Shown in pieces: positions 50,869 to 62,048 of a stretch of 64,000 bases of DNA. The notes beneath the pieces are model-generated. The model ran no database searches and was not told where the DNA came from. It worked only from the letters and a program-made list of their open reading frames with translations. The stretch comes from Fimicolochytrium jonesii. Lineage: Eukaryota. The stretch spans positions 186,001 to 250,000 of the forward strand of contig NW_026515704.1 in the NCBI RefSeq assembly GCF_025526975.1, given 5' to 3'. Each line of letters begins with the position of its first letter. Position 1 is the stretch's first letter. Made by a program: the position numbers and the translations under genes.

Positions 50869-53460
50869 TTACAGCGGAATCTGCTGCAAAAACCCCTCCG
50901 TGCTGCCAACCACTATATAGCTCAAATCCCTCGGAAACCGGACACAGAATATTCCCAAATTGAGCACCCTTATCTGGCGCACGCGGCTAGCATCTTTCAC
51001 TCGGAAGATAACCACGTTATTGTCAAACGACCCCGTAGCAAGATATTGCCCGTCGTCCGAGAAGCAAATGGTGCACGCCCAGCTCGGCTGCAGATCAAAT
51101 ACGGCGAGCTCTTGTCCCGTAACATAGTCGAATAACCGAACGGTAGAATCCCGAGATGTGGTGGCCAACAGTGACGGCCGCGCGGTCGCCATGTCAAGGA
51201 TGTAATCCGTATGCGCCTCGATGCATCGAGTATGCGAGATCGCTTTGGAGTTGATGAGAATTTTCAGATCCCAGACATAGATGCGTTTATCTAACCCGGC
51301 CGTGATCAAAAACCGGCCGTCGTGGGAGAACCGTACCACTTTAACCCACCGGGAGTGTTTCTTGATGACTGCGATGCAGTCGCCCGTGGTGATATCCCAC
51401 AAGCGGATGGTACAGTCGGTGGATCCGGACGCAACGTGCCGGCCGTCGGCGGAGACATCGCATGTTGTCACGGCGTCCAGGTGTCCTCGTAATGTGCGCT
51501 CGCATGATGCGGACTGGGCGTTCCAGATTTTAACTGTTCGGTCGAAGGAGGAGGAGACGATGTGGGTGTCGTCGCGTGTGAAGTGGACGTCGGTCACGAT
51601 TGACTTGTGGCCTACGTATTGTGCTAGACATGTGTGTCCTGTCGTGCCGCCTGCTGGCCCGGCTAGCGATGCGGTCGTCGGCGCGGCTGTTCCAGGTGGT
51701 TTTGACCCATCGCCATCGGCCCCTGCGACGACATTAACTGCCGCTTGTGACCCTTCTATCGCTATTCCTGCGACCGCCGCCGCCCGCGCAGCTGCCACGA
51801 TCGGCATGACTGCTGGAGGACGAATGTCATGGATGCGTATGATGCAGTCATATCCGGCCGTGAGCCACAGACAAGAATCGAACGCGGAGTACTTGGCGGC
51901 CTTGACTCCATCCTTGTGCGCCACCAGAAAGTTTGGGAAGAGGTGCGCATCGACGCTGGTGAAGATCTCATGTAGAAGCGCGAACTTGCGGTATAGTTTT
52001 CTCCAACGGTATCTCGGTGCTGGCGGAGCTTGACCTCCCGCTGTTGGGCGAGCAGCGAACTGTCTACGGAGCTCAATGATCTTCTCGAACTGTATTCGCA
52101 AAAGTTCCGGATGCCGGAGATCTTGCAAGGAGAGCTCGTTCGGTAGTTCACGGTTGAGGAGATCCCAGACAACCTTCAGAGTGTTCGAAACAAAGTCCAT
52201 GGAGAGCTCCTGCGCTTGCGCCGAATACTTCAAGAACACCTCCTGATTCCCAAGCATTTGGGAAAACGTCAGTATGCAAAAGGCGGTGGATAAGCAGACC
52301 AGTGTGTAGTCGGTAGATTTGTCTAACTGAACGTAGACATGGTTGATGTCCCGCTGGATCCCTCTCCGCACGTCTTCCTCCCCCAGCGCCTCATGCAGAA
52401 CTCCTTTCCTCACACTTGGACCACCGGCAGTGTCCTGAGCGGTCACTGGAGCAGATGCGGCAGTACTGACTGTACCTCCTCGCGAACCTCCTGGCGGTTC
52501 TTCGGCAGCTGAATCTAATTTGCTTGACGCATCCCGCACCGCTTGCCGTCGGTTCGATGAATCCCCTTCGTTCAATTGCTGGGTTGAAGATGCCAAGTCG
52601 TTGGTACTGGCTTTTTGCGAGCCTCCACCCAACACATCGGCACTCGACCCAAGTTTTCGCATTACGGAAGCTCTCCTGCTCCCCCCAGCAAGATCACGTT
52701 TCGATCCCGTAAGGTTTTTCTTGCGCACAACCATCCCAGGCGCCCTTGACATGTTCAACAGGTCTTCCATCTCCTTGTCGAGCGAATCAGAGCTTCCTTC
52801 ACGACTCCGGCCCATGCCATTGGGATCATCGTCATCGGCGTTCGATCTTGTATAATTCCACACTTTATCTAGATCCACGTTCCCATCTCCTTCATCGCGG
52901 AAGGCTTTCTGTCCGTCCGGACCAATCTCATGCTTGTCCCCGATTTTAGGCAGTAGTTCCTCAATGTCGAGGTAGTACCGTTTCAAAATGCGTCGACTAA
53001 GAGCTAGTAGGGTTTCATACGTCTTGCATATTCGATCACATTCAACCCTCTCCCCTTCTTCACGAATATCGATATCTCGCGGGACCCGTCGCATGCGAAA
53101 GAACTCTCCCGCATTCGGGCCGGCGCCTCCCGCTCCCCCAGTACCAGCAGCGCCTGATGGCGGGGAAGTTCCCCTCCCTTTCGCTGCCGCACCTTGGGTT
53201 GCTGAAGTATCAGCGGCGCCAGCGCCGACGCCTGCATCGTCTCCATCAGTGACATTCCATCCATAGAACCAATCACATAGCATATGATACGCCGAACGAT
53301 AGTCGGCGCTTTCAAGATCACGCAGATGAAAGTTTGCTATTGAGGAGGCCAAGGCTTTGGACTTTGCGGGATCGAATCGTGCGTAGAAATGGGTGAGAAA
53401 AGGCACCTGTAGCCGTTCCGACAGCAGCGCCAAATCATGGTATTGTTTCAGACATTCCAT
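50869..53460 (-). CDS. WD40-repeat protein with long N-terminal extension (extra 5' exons likely up to about 54000)
   Basis: C-terminal WD repeats (GHKSIVTDV..SSSFDRTVKIWN, GHLDAVT..SGSTDCTIRLWD). Upstream open frames with GT/AG sites suggest the true start is further 5'. Confidence 0.85.
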   Translation of the reverse strand: MECLKQYHDLALLSERLQVPFLTHFYARFDPAKSKALASSIANFHLRDLESADYRSAYHMLCDWFYGWNVTDGDDAGVGAGAADTSATQGAAAKGRGTSPPSGAAGTGGAGGAGPNAGEFFRMRRVPRDIDIREEGERVECDRICKTYETLLALSRRILKRYYLDIEELLPKIGDKHEIGPDGQKAFRDEGDGNVDLDKVWNYTRSNADDDDPNGMGRSREGSSDSLDKEMEDLLNMSRAPGMVVRKKNLTGSKRDLAGGSRRASVMRKLGSSADVLGGGSQKASTNDLASSTQQLNEGDSSNRRQAVRDASSKLDSAAEEPPGGSRGGTVSTAASAPVTAQDTAGGPSVRKGVLHEALGEEDVRRGIQRDINHVYVQLDKSTDYTLVCLSTAFCILTFSQMLGNQEVFLKYSAQAQELSMDFVSNTLKVVWDLLNRELPNELSLQDLRHPELLRIQFEKIIELRRQFAARPTAGGQAPPAPRYRWRKLYRKFALLHEIFTSVDAHLFPNFLVAHKDGVKAAKYSAFDSCLWLTAGYDCIIRIHDIRPPAVMPIVAAARAAAVAGIAIEGSQAAVNVVAGADGDGSKPPGTAAPTTASLAGPAGGTTGHTCLAQYVGHKSIVTDVHFTRDDTHIVSSSFDRTVKIWNAQSASCERTLRGHLDAVTTCDVSADGRHVASGSTDCTIRLWDITTGDCIAVIKKHSRWVKVVRFSHDGRFLITAGLDKRIYVWDLKILINSKAISHTRCIEAHTDYILDMATARPSLLATTSRDSTVRLFDYVTGQELAVFDLQPSWACTICFSDDGQYLATGSFDNNVVIFRVKDASRVRQIRVLNLGIFCVRFPRDLSYIVVGSTEGFLQQIPL

Positions 53461-54135
53461 TATCAGCTGCTAGCCCGTTTTCAGAGGGATGCGATCAGAC
53501 CTATCTACCACGAATGTTGCGATATTAACTTAGGATGGCAAACGAATTGAAATTATGCAGTACGAGGACTGTTTCGGATGTCCTTCGTTTTCCCGTGGGG
53601 TTTCGCATTGGAACGTCTCCATTTTCCAAGGGAGTTGAAGCTGGAAGTTGCAAGCAATATGGACGCGCTCGTTTCGCGTCCGGAATTGTCACCATACGAA
53701 TCGAAATCTTATGCGGTCATCCACGTGACCGCATTACAATTCCAGAGCTTTCCCACTCCAGTCCGAGAGCGTTTCCGCATCCCAGTCAAGTACTGTATAT
53801 TCAGATCACCGTGCCCCACCTACCTCGCTTTCGCTATATAACACGTCTCGTGATCTTCGCTTTGAGAAACCTGCAATAACGACGAAGATTGTTTCGCAGC
53901 CTGAAGTTTTCGTTCAGCGGCTGTACGGCTCACTCTTGGTCAGTACGAATCCATAGGTGTTGCGTACTTTTACGTGGGAACCTTCGCCATCGCTTCATAA
54001 GTGCGCTTCATAAGTGCGCTTCTACGCTGCTTGTCGACCAGGGAAACCCCGTATTGATCCCTCCTGTGCTCCTATAACAGGCACCCTGCAGAACATTCTT
54101 CCTGACTGCAGCGCACTGGGTGCAGATCGCTCAAC

Positions 54136-57100
54136 ATGGCTGAAAACGTGCAACGTGCGCAACAATACCAGTATGCCCAAAACAGTAACTTGGTGCTGCA
54201 GGCTGAACGAACCGGCCCTAGACGAGACCAGGAGCCTTCGGGAGAGCCGGTATCGCTGGCAGGCCGAATAGACCCTAAACGGATGGGCGACCGGGCTCAG
54301 AGTAGCTTCCAAGAGAAGAAAGAGCAGAGGGAAAAAAAGCGGAAGGAGAAAGCGGACCGTAGGAAGCAGGCGGGTGCGGAGAGGAGCGGAAACAAGCGTG
54401 CCAAACGCGAGAGGGATTTGGGCGGATATGGTCCGGACAACATTCTGGCTGCTACCGATGATTTCGAAGGTCAAGGGTATAGACCCCGGACGAAGGAGAC
54501 CCGCCAAACCTTCGAACTCATATTATCATTCCTGCAGCAGCTACTCGGAGACATCCAGCAGGATGTGTTACGAGGCGCTGCGAACGAAGCGCTTAAGATA
54601 TTGAAGCAGGACGATATGAAGGACTTCGATAAGAAAAAGGAGTTGGAGATGATTGTCCAAGCACAACTATCATCAGACCGATTCGCACAACTGGTTAACC
54701 TAGGGAAGCGTATTACGGATTTCCGGTCTGGCGCGGATGATGACGCGCAGGAGGGCAACGGGAATGGTCTCGCCCGCGACGAAGGTTTAGATGAGGAGCA
54801 TGGTGTGGCCGTTGTTTTCGACGAAGAGGATGACGATGAAGAAGGTTCTGATGACGACGAGTACGAGGTCAAAGAAGACGAGTCCGATGATGATGACGCT
54901 GGCGAGGAAGCCGAGTTCGAAAATGTCCTGAAACCAGTTGGAGTCATTGACGAAGACGAGACCAAGGACGATATGGATGAATTCACAGAGATTCTTCGAC
55001 CAGACGAAGGCTCTACTTTCAATTCGGGGAAAGCGAGTGCCGGCGCGACCGCAACTGCACCGGCAGCAGGCGGCGATGCGGCGGGTGTCATAAAACCTCA
55101 CGATGTGGATGCATTCTGGCTCCAACGCACGATTGCCACCCACTACTCGGATGCGCTTACAGCGCAAGGCAAAGCAGCTGCGGCTTTCAACACGTTGTCG
55201 TCTGCAACAAACACTAGGGACTGCGAAAACGAGCTCATGGCTTTGTTTGACTATGATAAGTTTGACCTTGTCAAGCTACTGACGAGAAATCGCGAGGTTA
55301 TCGTTTGGTGCACAAAGCTTGCCCGGGCGGCAACTCCAGCCGATCGCACCGCCATCGAAGCAGAGATCGAACAAAGCGGCAATGCCGATATCCTTGCGCA
55401 ACTTAGCGTAGCACCTACCAGGAGAGACGTGGACAGGAACCGTCGTGGTGTGGTTGAAATCGGGCACGACGGACAACAGACTGTAGCCGGAGGCCCTATT
55501 CAAATGGACTTGAAGAAGGCAACGCCAGGATCTTCTGCTACCGTTCCACGAGCGACGATAAACCTCGATGAGTTGGCGTTCCAGCAGGGAGGCCATCTGA
55601 TGTCGAACAAAAAGTGTGACCTGCCACAGGGCACCTTCAAGCGCGAAAAGAAAGGATACCAGGAGGTACACGTCCCAGCACCCAAGGCTTCCCCGATGAA
55701 GGAGAACGAGAGGCTTGTGTCTATCTCTGAGCTTCCGGAATGGGCGCAGGGCGGGTTTGCGGGTGCACGATCTCTGAATCGAGTTCAGTCTCGACTGTAT
55801 CCCGCAGCTTTCGAATCAGACGAGAACCTCCTGATTTGCGCTCCTACCGGTGCGGGAAAGACGAACTGTGCAATGCTCACTATCCTTCGTGAGATTGGCA
55901 AGTATCGCAAACCGGCTGGGGAGATTGCCTTGGACGAATTCAAAATCATCTACATTGCTCCGATGAAGGCGCTTGTAGCGGAAATGGTTGGGAACTTCTC
56001 CAGCCGTCTGGAGAAGTATGGCATCAAGGTGGCGGAATTGACCGGTGATCGCCAGCTGAACAAGCAGCAAATCGCCGAGACGCAAATCATTGTCACAACA
56101 CCAGAGAAGTGGGATATAACCACCCGTAAGGCGACCGACCGGTCTTACACGAAACTCGTCCGCTTACTCATTATTGACGAGGTGCACTTGTTGCACGACG
56201 ATCGAGGTCCCGTGTTGGAGAGCATCATCAGTAGGACCATCCGCGGAATCCAGGAAAACCAAGAGATGGTACGATTGGTCGGTCTTTCTGCCACGCTGCC
56301 CAATTATCAGGATGTCGCACACTTCATGCGAGTAGACTCCGAGAAGGGACTGTTTTTCTTCGACAACAGCTACCGTCCGTGCCCGCTCAAGCAGCAATAC
56401 ATCGGCATTACCGAGAAGAAGGCCATCAAACGGTTCCAGCTTATGAACGAGATCGTGTATGAGAAGATCATGGAAGAAGCCGGGAAGAATCAGGTTCTTG
56501 TTTTCTGCCACTCCCGTAAGGAGACAGCGAAGACTGCCAAAGCGATTCGCGACATGGCCATGGAGAGAGATACAATCGGTCAAATCCTCAGCCAAGACTC
56601 GGGGAGCCGAGAAGTTTTGAGCACTGAGGCTGCCACCGTTAAGAACGCTGATCTGCAGGACATGCTGCCTTACGGTTTCGCCATCCACCACGCTGGAATG
56701 ACGCGTGCCGATCGTACGTCCGTAGAAGATCTTTTCGGTGACGGTCACGTCAAGGTCCTGGTTTCCACCGCCACGTTAGCCTGGGGTGTCAATCTTCCCG
56801 CCCATACGGTCATCATCAAAGGAACACAAGTGTACAATCCGGAGAAGGGTCGGTGGGTCGAGCTTTCCCCGCAGGACGTGCTGCAAATGTTGGGACGTGC
56901 CGGTCGTCCCCAGTTCGACACGAACGGAGAGGGAATCATCATCACAACCCATTCGGAACTTCTCTACTACCTTTCGTTGCTCAACCAGCAACTTCCGATC
57001 GAGTCGCAGTTCATCAAGAAGATGGCCGACAATCTCAATGCCGAAATCGTGTTGGGGACTATTCGCAATCGTGATGATGCAGTTCAGTGGTTGGGGTACA

Positions 57101-60100
57101 CGTACCTATACGTCCGGATGCTCAGGAATGGGCCATTGTACGGAGTGGGAGGTGACGAGTTGGAGGCAGATCCGTACCTCGTGCAAAAACGTGTGGATCT
57201 CATTCACGCCGCTGCAACCATTCTTGACAAATGCAACTTGATCAAGTACGACAAGAAAACGGGGAAGTTCCAGGTCACGGAGTTAGGCAGGATTGCTTCT
57301 CACTACTACATCAGCCACCACTCGATGGCCACGTACAATCAACACCTCAAGCCGACTATGACTCTTATCGACTTGTTCCGCGCCTTTGCCTTGTCCGACG
57401 AATTCAAGTTCATCCCCGTCAGGGAGGAAGAGAAGCTGGAGCTAGCGAAGATGCTCGAACGAGTGCCGATACCTGTGAAAGAAAGCTTGGAAGAACCGAC
57501 CGCCAAAATCAACGTGCTCTTACAAGCTTACATCTCGCAGCTGAAGCTGGAAGGTTTTGCTTTGATGAGTGACATGGTGTACGTCACTCAGAGTGCAGGG
57601 CGTATTCTTCGTGCGATCTTTGAGATCTGCCTAAAGCGTGGATGGGCGCAGTTGTCCCGCAAAGCCCTTGACCTCTGCAAGATGGTGGACAAGAAGATGT
57701 GGCTCTCGATGAGCCCTCTGCGCCAGATTCGCGGTTTTCCGTTCGACGTGATCAAGAGACTCGAGCGCAAGGAGTTCCCCTGGGACCGCTACTATGACCT
57801 TAACCCTCAAGAGCTGGGTGAGCTCGCTGGTGTGCCGAAGGCCGGCAAGCTGATCCATAAGGCTGTACATCAGTTCCCGAAAGTAGAAGTCCAAGCGCAG
57901 GTTCAGCCCATCACGCGATCGATGCTCCGGATGGAGTTGACCATCACCCCCGATTTCCAGTTCGACGAGAAGGTGTCGCCCGGAGGTGCGGAAGGTTTCT
58001 GGATCCTGGTTGAGGATGTTGACAGCGAGGTTATTATCCACCACGACATGTTCGTGTTGAAGCAGCGCTACGGCGAGGAGGACCATCACCTGAGCTTCAC
58101 TGTTCCGTTGTTTGAACCTTTGCCACCGAACTACTTCGTTTCCGTTGTCAGCGATCGATGGCTGCACTCTGAGACACGCCTTCCTGTCTCTTTCAAGCAT
58201 CTCATCCTTCCCGAAAAGTACCCTCCCCACACGGAACTTCTCGATCTGCACCCGTTGCCAGTGTCCGCTCTCAAGAACAAAGAGTACGAAAGTGTGTACT
58301 CTGGCTCCCGTCACTTCAACCCGATCCAGACGCAGGTCTTCAACACCTTATACCAAACCGACGACAATGTCTTCATTGGAGCTCCTGCGGGCTCCGGAAA
58401 GACGATATGCGCCGAGTTCGCGTTGCTGCGACTATGGACGATCAACCCCAAAGCGCGGTGTGTGTACATTGCTCCTTTCGACGAGGTTGCTGAGTTGAAG
58501 ATGAACGAGTGGAAAGCCAAATTTGGTGATCTGCTCGGTGGAAAGAACATCGTCACGTTGACTGGAGAGACCACGGCGGACCTCAAACTACTCGAGACCG
58601 GTGACGTCGTCTTTGCCACCCCTCAGAAGTGGGACATGCTCTCACGAAGGTGGAAGCAACGCAAGAATGTGCAGACCATCGGCCTGTTCATCGCTGACGA
58701 AATCCATCTGATCGGAGGCGACATTGGTCCGACCTTGGAAGTCATCGTCTCTCGCATGCGTTACATAAGTGCGCAGACCGAGAACAAGATCCGAATCGTC
58801 GCACTCGGCACATCGCTCGCTAATGCTAGGGATCTGGGAGAATGGATCGGCGCAACCAGTCAGAGCATCTTCAACTTCAAACCGAATGTGCGCCCCATCC
58901 CGCTTGAGATCCACATCCAGGGATACTCAGTCCCGCACTTTGCGTCCATGATGATCGCCATGACGAAACCAACGTACCTCGCCATAAAGCAATTCGCTTC
59001 TGGTGCTGCACGGCCGGCTATCGTGTTTGTTCCCAGCAGGAAGCAAGCTCGTCTGACAGCGGTTGATATCTCCACGTATGCGATGGCGGAGGGTGATGAG
59101 AAGAAGTTCTTGCATTGTTCGGAGGAGGACCTTGAGCCCTGGGCGGAAAAGGTGCAAGATCAAACCCTTCGGGAGCTCTTGCACACCGGGGTAGCTTACT
59201 ACCACGAGGCGCTCAGCAAGAACGACAGACGCATCGTCGAGACACTCTTCAATAACGGCGCCGTTCAAGTTGTTGTCGCCAGCAAGGACACTTGCTGGAG
59301 CATGAGCCTCCGGTCCCACCTCGTTGTGATCATGGGAACGCAGTACTACGAGGGCAAGGAACATCGGTACGCTGATTCTCCCATCACCGATGTGTTGCAA
59401 ATGATGGGCCGCGCTACCCGCCCGACACTCGGAGAAAGCGGGCGATGTGTTTTGATGTGTCAGGGCGTCAAGAAGGACTTCTACAAGAAATTCCTCTACG
59501 AAGCCCTCCCTGTCGAATCGCACCTGGACCATTTCTTGCATGACCACTTCAACGCTGAGATTGTTACCAAGACGATTGAAAACAAGCAGGATGCCGTCGA
59601 TTACCTCACCTGGACGTTCCTATACCGGAGAATGTCGTTGAACCCCAACTACTACAACCTGCAAGGTGTGACTCACCGTCACTTGTCGGATCACCTTTCT
59701 GATCTGGTCGAGACGACGTTGGAGGAGTTGGCCACCAGCAAGTGTATCGCGGTTGAAGACGAAGATGTCTCTCCGCTCAACTTGGGCATGATCGCTGCGT
59801 ACTACTACATCAACTACGTGACCATCGAGGTCTTCTCCATGTCCCTCAACGCCAAGACCAAGATCCGAGGCCTGCTGCAGATCGTCGCCGCGGCGGCCGA
59901 ATTCGAGAACGTCCCCATTCGGCACCACGAAGATCAAGTCCTGAAGCGGATTTACGACAGGGTGCCGGTCAAGGTCGATACGCCCAACTTCAACGACCCG
60001 CATTTCAAAACCAACATCCTCCTGCAAGCTCATTTCAGCCGCGTGGGCTTACCCGCAGATCTCGAAAGCGACCAGAAAGCCGTCCTCGCCAAAGCCGTGC

Positions 60101-60825
60101 GTCTCATCCACGCCTGTGTCGACGTCATCTCCTCCAACGGCTGGCTCGCACCCTGCATGGCCGCCATGGATCTCTGCCAGATGGTCGTGCAAGCCATGTG
60201 GGACCGCGACTCGGCCTTACGCCAGGTGCCCCATTTCACCAACGACATCATCAAGCGTCTCAACGCGCTGGGAGTCGAAGGCGTGTTTGATATCATGGAG
60301 ATGGAGGACGACGCGCGTGAGAAGGCGTTGCAGCTGAAACCCCAACAAATGGCCGATGTGGCCAAGTTCGTCAACAGGTACCCCAACATCGACGTTGCGT
60401 TCAAGGTCGACGTCACCGCCGTGCGGCAGGGCGAGCCCGTCACAGTTAAAGTCACACTGGAACGTGAGGTTGATGAGGACGAGGACGCCATGTCGTCTTC
60501 GGGCGCTCCTACGGCCCTGGGACCCGTCATTGCGCCGTTCTACCCCGTGACGAAAGACGAAGGGTGGTGGTTGGTCGTCGGCGATGTGGCGGATAAGACC
60601 CTGCTTGCCATCAAGCGCGTGACGATCCAGAAACGCGCTACCGTGGCGGTGGAGTTTGCGGCGCCGGAGCATAAGACGGGCAAATTGGACTGTGCGCTCT
60701 ACTTCATGTGTGATTCTTACGTGGGTGTGGATCAGGAGTATGCGTTTGAGGTGCAGGTTGAGGAAGGGGCCGAGGGGTCGTCGTCGGATGAGGAGGAGGA
60801 TGATGATGATAAGATGCAGGAGTAG
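54136..60825 (+). CDS. BRR2: U5 snRNP 200 kDa RNA helicase (2229 aa, no introns)
   Basis: N-terminal [11 protein letters not shown]; two helicase cassettes ([12 protein letters not shown] and [12 protein letters not shown]), each followed by a Sec63 unit. Confidence 0.98.
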   Translation: MAENVQRAQQYQYAQNSNLVLQAERTGPRRDQEPSGEPVSLAGRIDPKRMGDRAQSSFQEKKEQREKKRKEKADRRKQAGAERSGNKRAKRERDLGGYGPDNILAATDDFEGQGYRPRTKETRQTFELILSFLQQLLGDIQQDVLRGAANEALKILKQDDMKDFDKKKELEMIVQAQLSSDRFAQLVNLGKRITDFRSGADDDAQEGNGNGLARDEGLDEEHGVAVVFDEEDDDEEGSDDDEYEVKEDESDDDDAGEEAEFENVLKPVGVIDEDETKDDMDEFTEILRPDEGSTFNSGKASAGATATAPAAGGDAAGVIKPHDVDAFWLQRTIATHYSDALTAQGKAAAAFNTLSSATNTRDCENELMALFDYDKFDLVKLLTRNREVIVWCTKLARAATPADRTAIEAEIEQSGNADILAQLSVAPTRRDVDRNRRGVVEIGHDGQQTVAGGPIQMDLKKATPGSSATVPRATINLDELAFQQGGHLMSNKKCDLPQGTFKREKKGYQEVHVPAPKASPMKENERLVSISELPEWAQGGFAGARSLNRVQSRLYPAAFESDENLLICAPTGAGKTNCAMLTILREIGKYRKPAGEIALDEFKIIYIAPMKALVAEMVGNFSSRLEKYGIKVAELTGDRQLNKQQIAETQIIVTTPEKWDITTRKATDRSYTKLVRLLIIDEVHLLHDDRGPVLESIISRTIRGIQENQEMVRLVGLSATLPNYQDVAHFMRVDSEKGLFFFDNSYRPCPLKQQYIGITEKKAIKRFQLMNEIVYEKIMEEAGKNQVLVFCHSRKETAKTAKAIRDMAMERDTIGQILSQDSGSREVLSTEAATVKNADLQDMLPYGFAIHHAGMTRADRTSVEDLFGDGHVKVLVSTATLAWGVNLPAHTVIIKGTQVYNPEKGRWVELSPQDVLQMLGRAGRPQFDTNGEGIIITTHSELLYYLSLLNQQLPIESQFIKKMADNLNAEIVLGTIRNRDDAVQWLGYTYLYVRMLRNGPLYGVGGDELEADPYLVQKRVDLIHAAATILDKCNLIKYDKKTGKFQVTELGRIASHYYISHHSMATYNQHLKPTMTLIDLFRAFALSDEFKFIPVREEEKLELAKMLERVPIPVKESLEEPTAKINVLLQAYISQLKLEGFALMSDMVYVTQSAGRILRAIFEICLKRGWAQLSRKALDLCKMVDKKMWLSMSPLRQIRGFPFDVIKRLERKEFPWDRYYDLNPQELGELAGVPKAGKLIHKAVHQFPKVEVQAQVQPITRSMLRMELTITPDFQFDEKVSPGGAEGFWILVEDVDSEVIIHHDMFVLKQRYGEEDHHLSFTVPLFEPLPPNYFVSVVSDRWLHSETRLPVSFKHLILPEKYPPHTELLDLHPLPVSALKNKEYESVYSGSRHFNPIQTQVFNTLYQTDDNVFIGAPAGSGKTICAEFALLRLWTINPKARCVYIAPFDEVAELKMNEWKAKFGDLLGGKNIVTLTGETTADLKLLETGDVVFATPQKWDMLSRRWKQRKNVQTIGLFIADEIHLIGGDIGPTLEVIVSRMRYISAQTENKIRIVALGTSLANARDLGEWIGATSQSIFNFKPNVRPIPLEIHIQGYSVPHFASMMIAMTKPTYLAIKQFASGAARPAIVFVPSRKQARLTAVDISTYAMAEGDEKKFLHCSEEDLEPWAEKVQDQTLRELLHTGVAYYHEALSKNDRRIVETLFNNGAVQVVVASKDTCWSMSLRSHLVVIMGTQYYEGKEHRYADSPITDVLQMMGRATRPTLGESGRCVLMCQGVKKDFYKKFLYEALPVESHLDHFLHDHFNAEIVTKTIENKQDAVDYLTWTFLYRRMSLNPNYYNLQGVTHRHLSDHLSDLVETTLEELATSKCIAVEDEDVSPLNLGMIAAYYYINYVTIEVFSMSLNAKTKIRGLLQIVAAAAEFENVPIRHHEDQVLKRIYDRVPVKVDTPNFNDPHFKTNILLQAHFSRVGLPADLESDQKAVLAKAVRLIHACVDVISSNGWLAPCMAAMDLCQMVVQAMWDRDSALRQVPHFTNDIIKRLNALGVEGVFDIMEMEDDAREKALQLKPQQMADVAKFVNRYPNIDVAFKVDVTAVRQGEPVTVKVTLEREVDEDEDAMSSSGAPTALGPVIAPFYPVTKDEGWWLVVGDVADKTLLAIKRVTIQKRATVAVEFAAPEHKTGKLDCALYFMCDSYVGVDQEYAFEVQVEEGAEGSSSDEEEDDDDKMQE

Positions 60826-61072
60826 AGGGTGGGGTTTGGTAGCTGGGGCGGGAAACGAATATGGCGTAGAGTTTTTTCTCTATAGTTTAGCCATCGCTGT
60901 GTTTTTGTATAGTATTCATTTCTTATTTGTCTGTATTCAAGGGACTGAGGTCCCATGTCTTGTAACGGCTTGATCAACTATGAAGATTGCCATATGGACC
61001 ATCCATCACACTTTCCTTTCACGTTTTTTTCCTGATGTGCAACATCTGCTTGTAAAATATGCTACAGATCGC

Positions 61073-61512
61073 TCAAAAAATCCTTCCGCTGCTAGGCACC
61101 GCATGAATCTCCCCGTCCGACCTCCTCTTTTCACTAGCACTCGAACCACTCCCAGCGGTCACCGTCGACCCTCTTCGCGAGCTGGACACCTTGGCGAGAT
61201 GCGAGGCGATCAGCTCGTCGTACTGGGACTCCCTGCGCGCCAGTTCGTTTTTCATCTGCTTGAGGTTCAGATTGAGGTCTTCGAGACCGTGTATTTGGTC
61301 AGAGCTGCGTTTGATGTGGTTGTTCTGGAGAGTGATAGCGGCGTTAGAGGATGGAGGGGTCGGGGGCAGATAGGCACCGGGAGATATTGACAACGCTAAC
61401 CGACCTTTTCTCCGATAGTCGTGAACGTTTTTTCCAGCTCTTGAAGTTCGTGCCGGAGCTCTGCTTCTTTGCCGCGCTGGCGGATAAGCTCTTCTAGTGC
61501 TTTGTCTTCCAT
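61073..61512 (-). CDS. Small coiled-coil hypothetical protein (at least one intron, about 61404-61326)
   Basis: MEDKALEELIRQRGKEAELRHELQELEKTFTTIGEK joins NNHIKRSSDQIHGLEDLNLNLKQMKNELARRESQY in frame via GTCGGT..CTAAC..CAG. 3' end uncertain. Confidence 0.55.
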
Positions 61513-62048
61513 GATGAGGTGGATTTTGCTGGATGAGTTTCGTGCGATAGTCACAAACTGCGTCGTGGTTTTATTCCGAAATGAGACCGGAATGAACCGA
61601 AAATGACCAGTTCTTATCAGCAAACGAGGCATGAGCCTCGGACTTCTTGTTTGTCACATTACGGAGGTCAGTCGCACGACAAGCTATCCAAACAGGTGAC
61701 GCTAGGCAGGCAGTTTAGGGTTGAGCTTAAAACTTGAATAGCTGGTGGTCTGTGATGGGGCAAGATGGCCCGCAGTTGAAGATGTCGCAGGAATCGCGAA
61801 GGGGTCAACTCAGTGTAAAGAGGGTAAAACGTGGCATCCGCACAGATCCACATGCGATTAGTGGCTGTAAGTCCAGTCGCCCACTCCTCCGCTTTCCCAA
61901 CGCTTGCTTGCCAAAAGACAACTAGTTCCCCAAGGACACGTTCCCACGACGATCTTCGCAACACCCTCCGCTTGGCTGCCCTCCGTTCTGTCCGTCTATC
62001 TATATGCGACTGCCCCGTTTCGTTCTCCCGCACCCTAGTTAGCCCTTT

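Noticed and set aside
54374..60672. Many antisense and alternate-frame ORFs over BRR2 (likewise over TAF1, Sel1 and the M28 gene)
   Set aside because: Shadow ORFs expected from GC-rich codon usage; no recognisable motifs.
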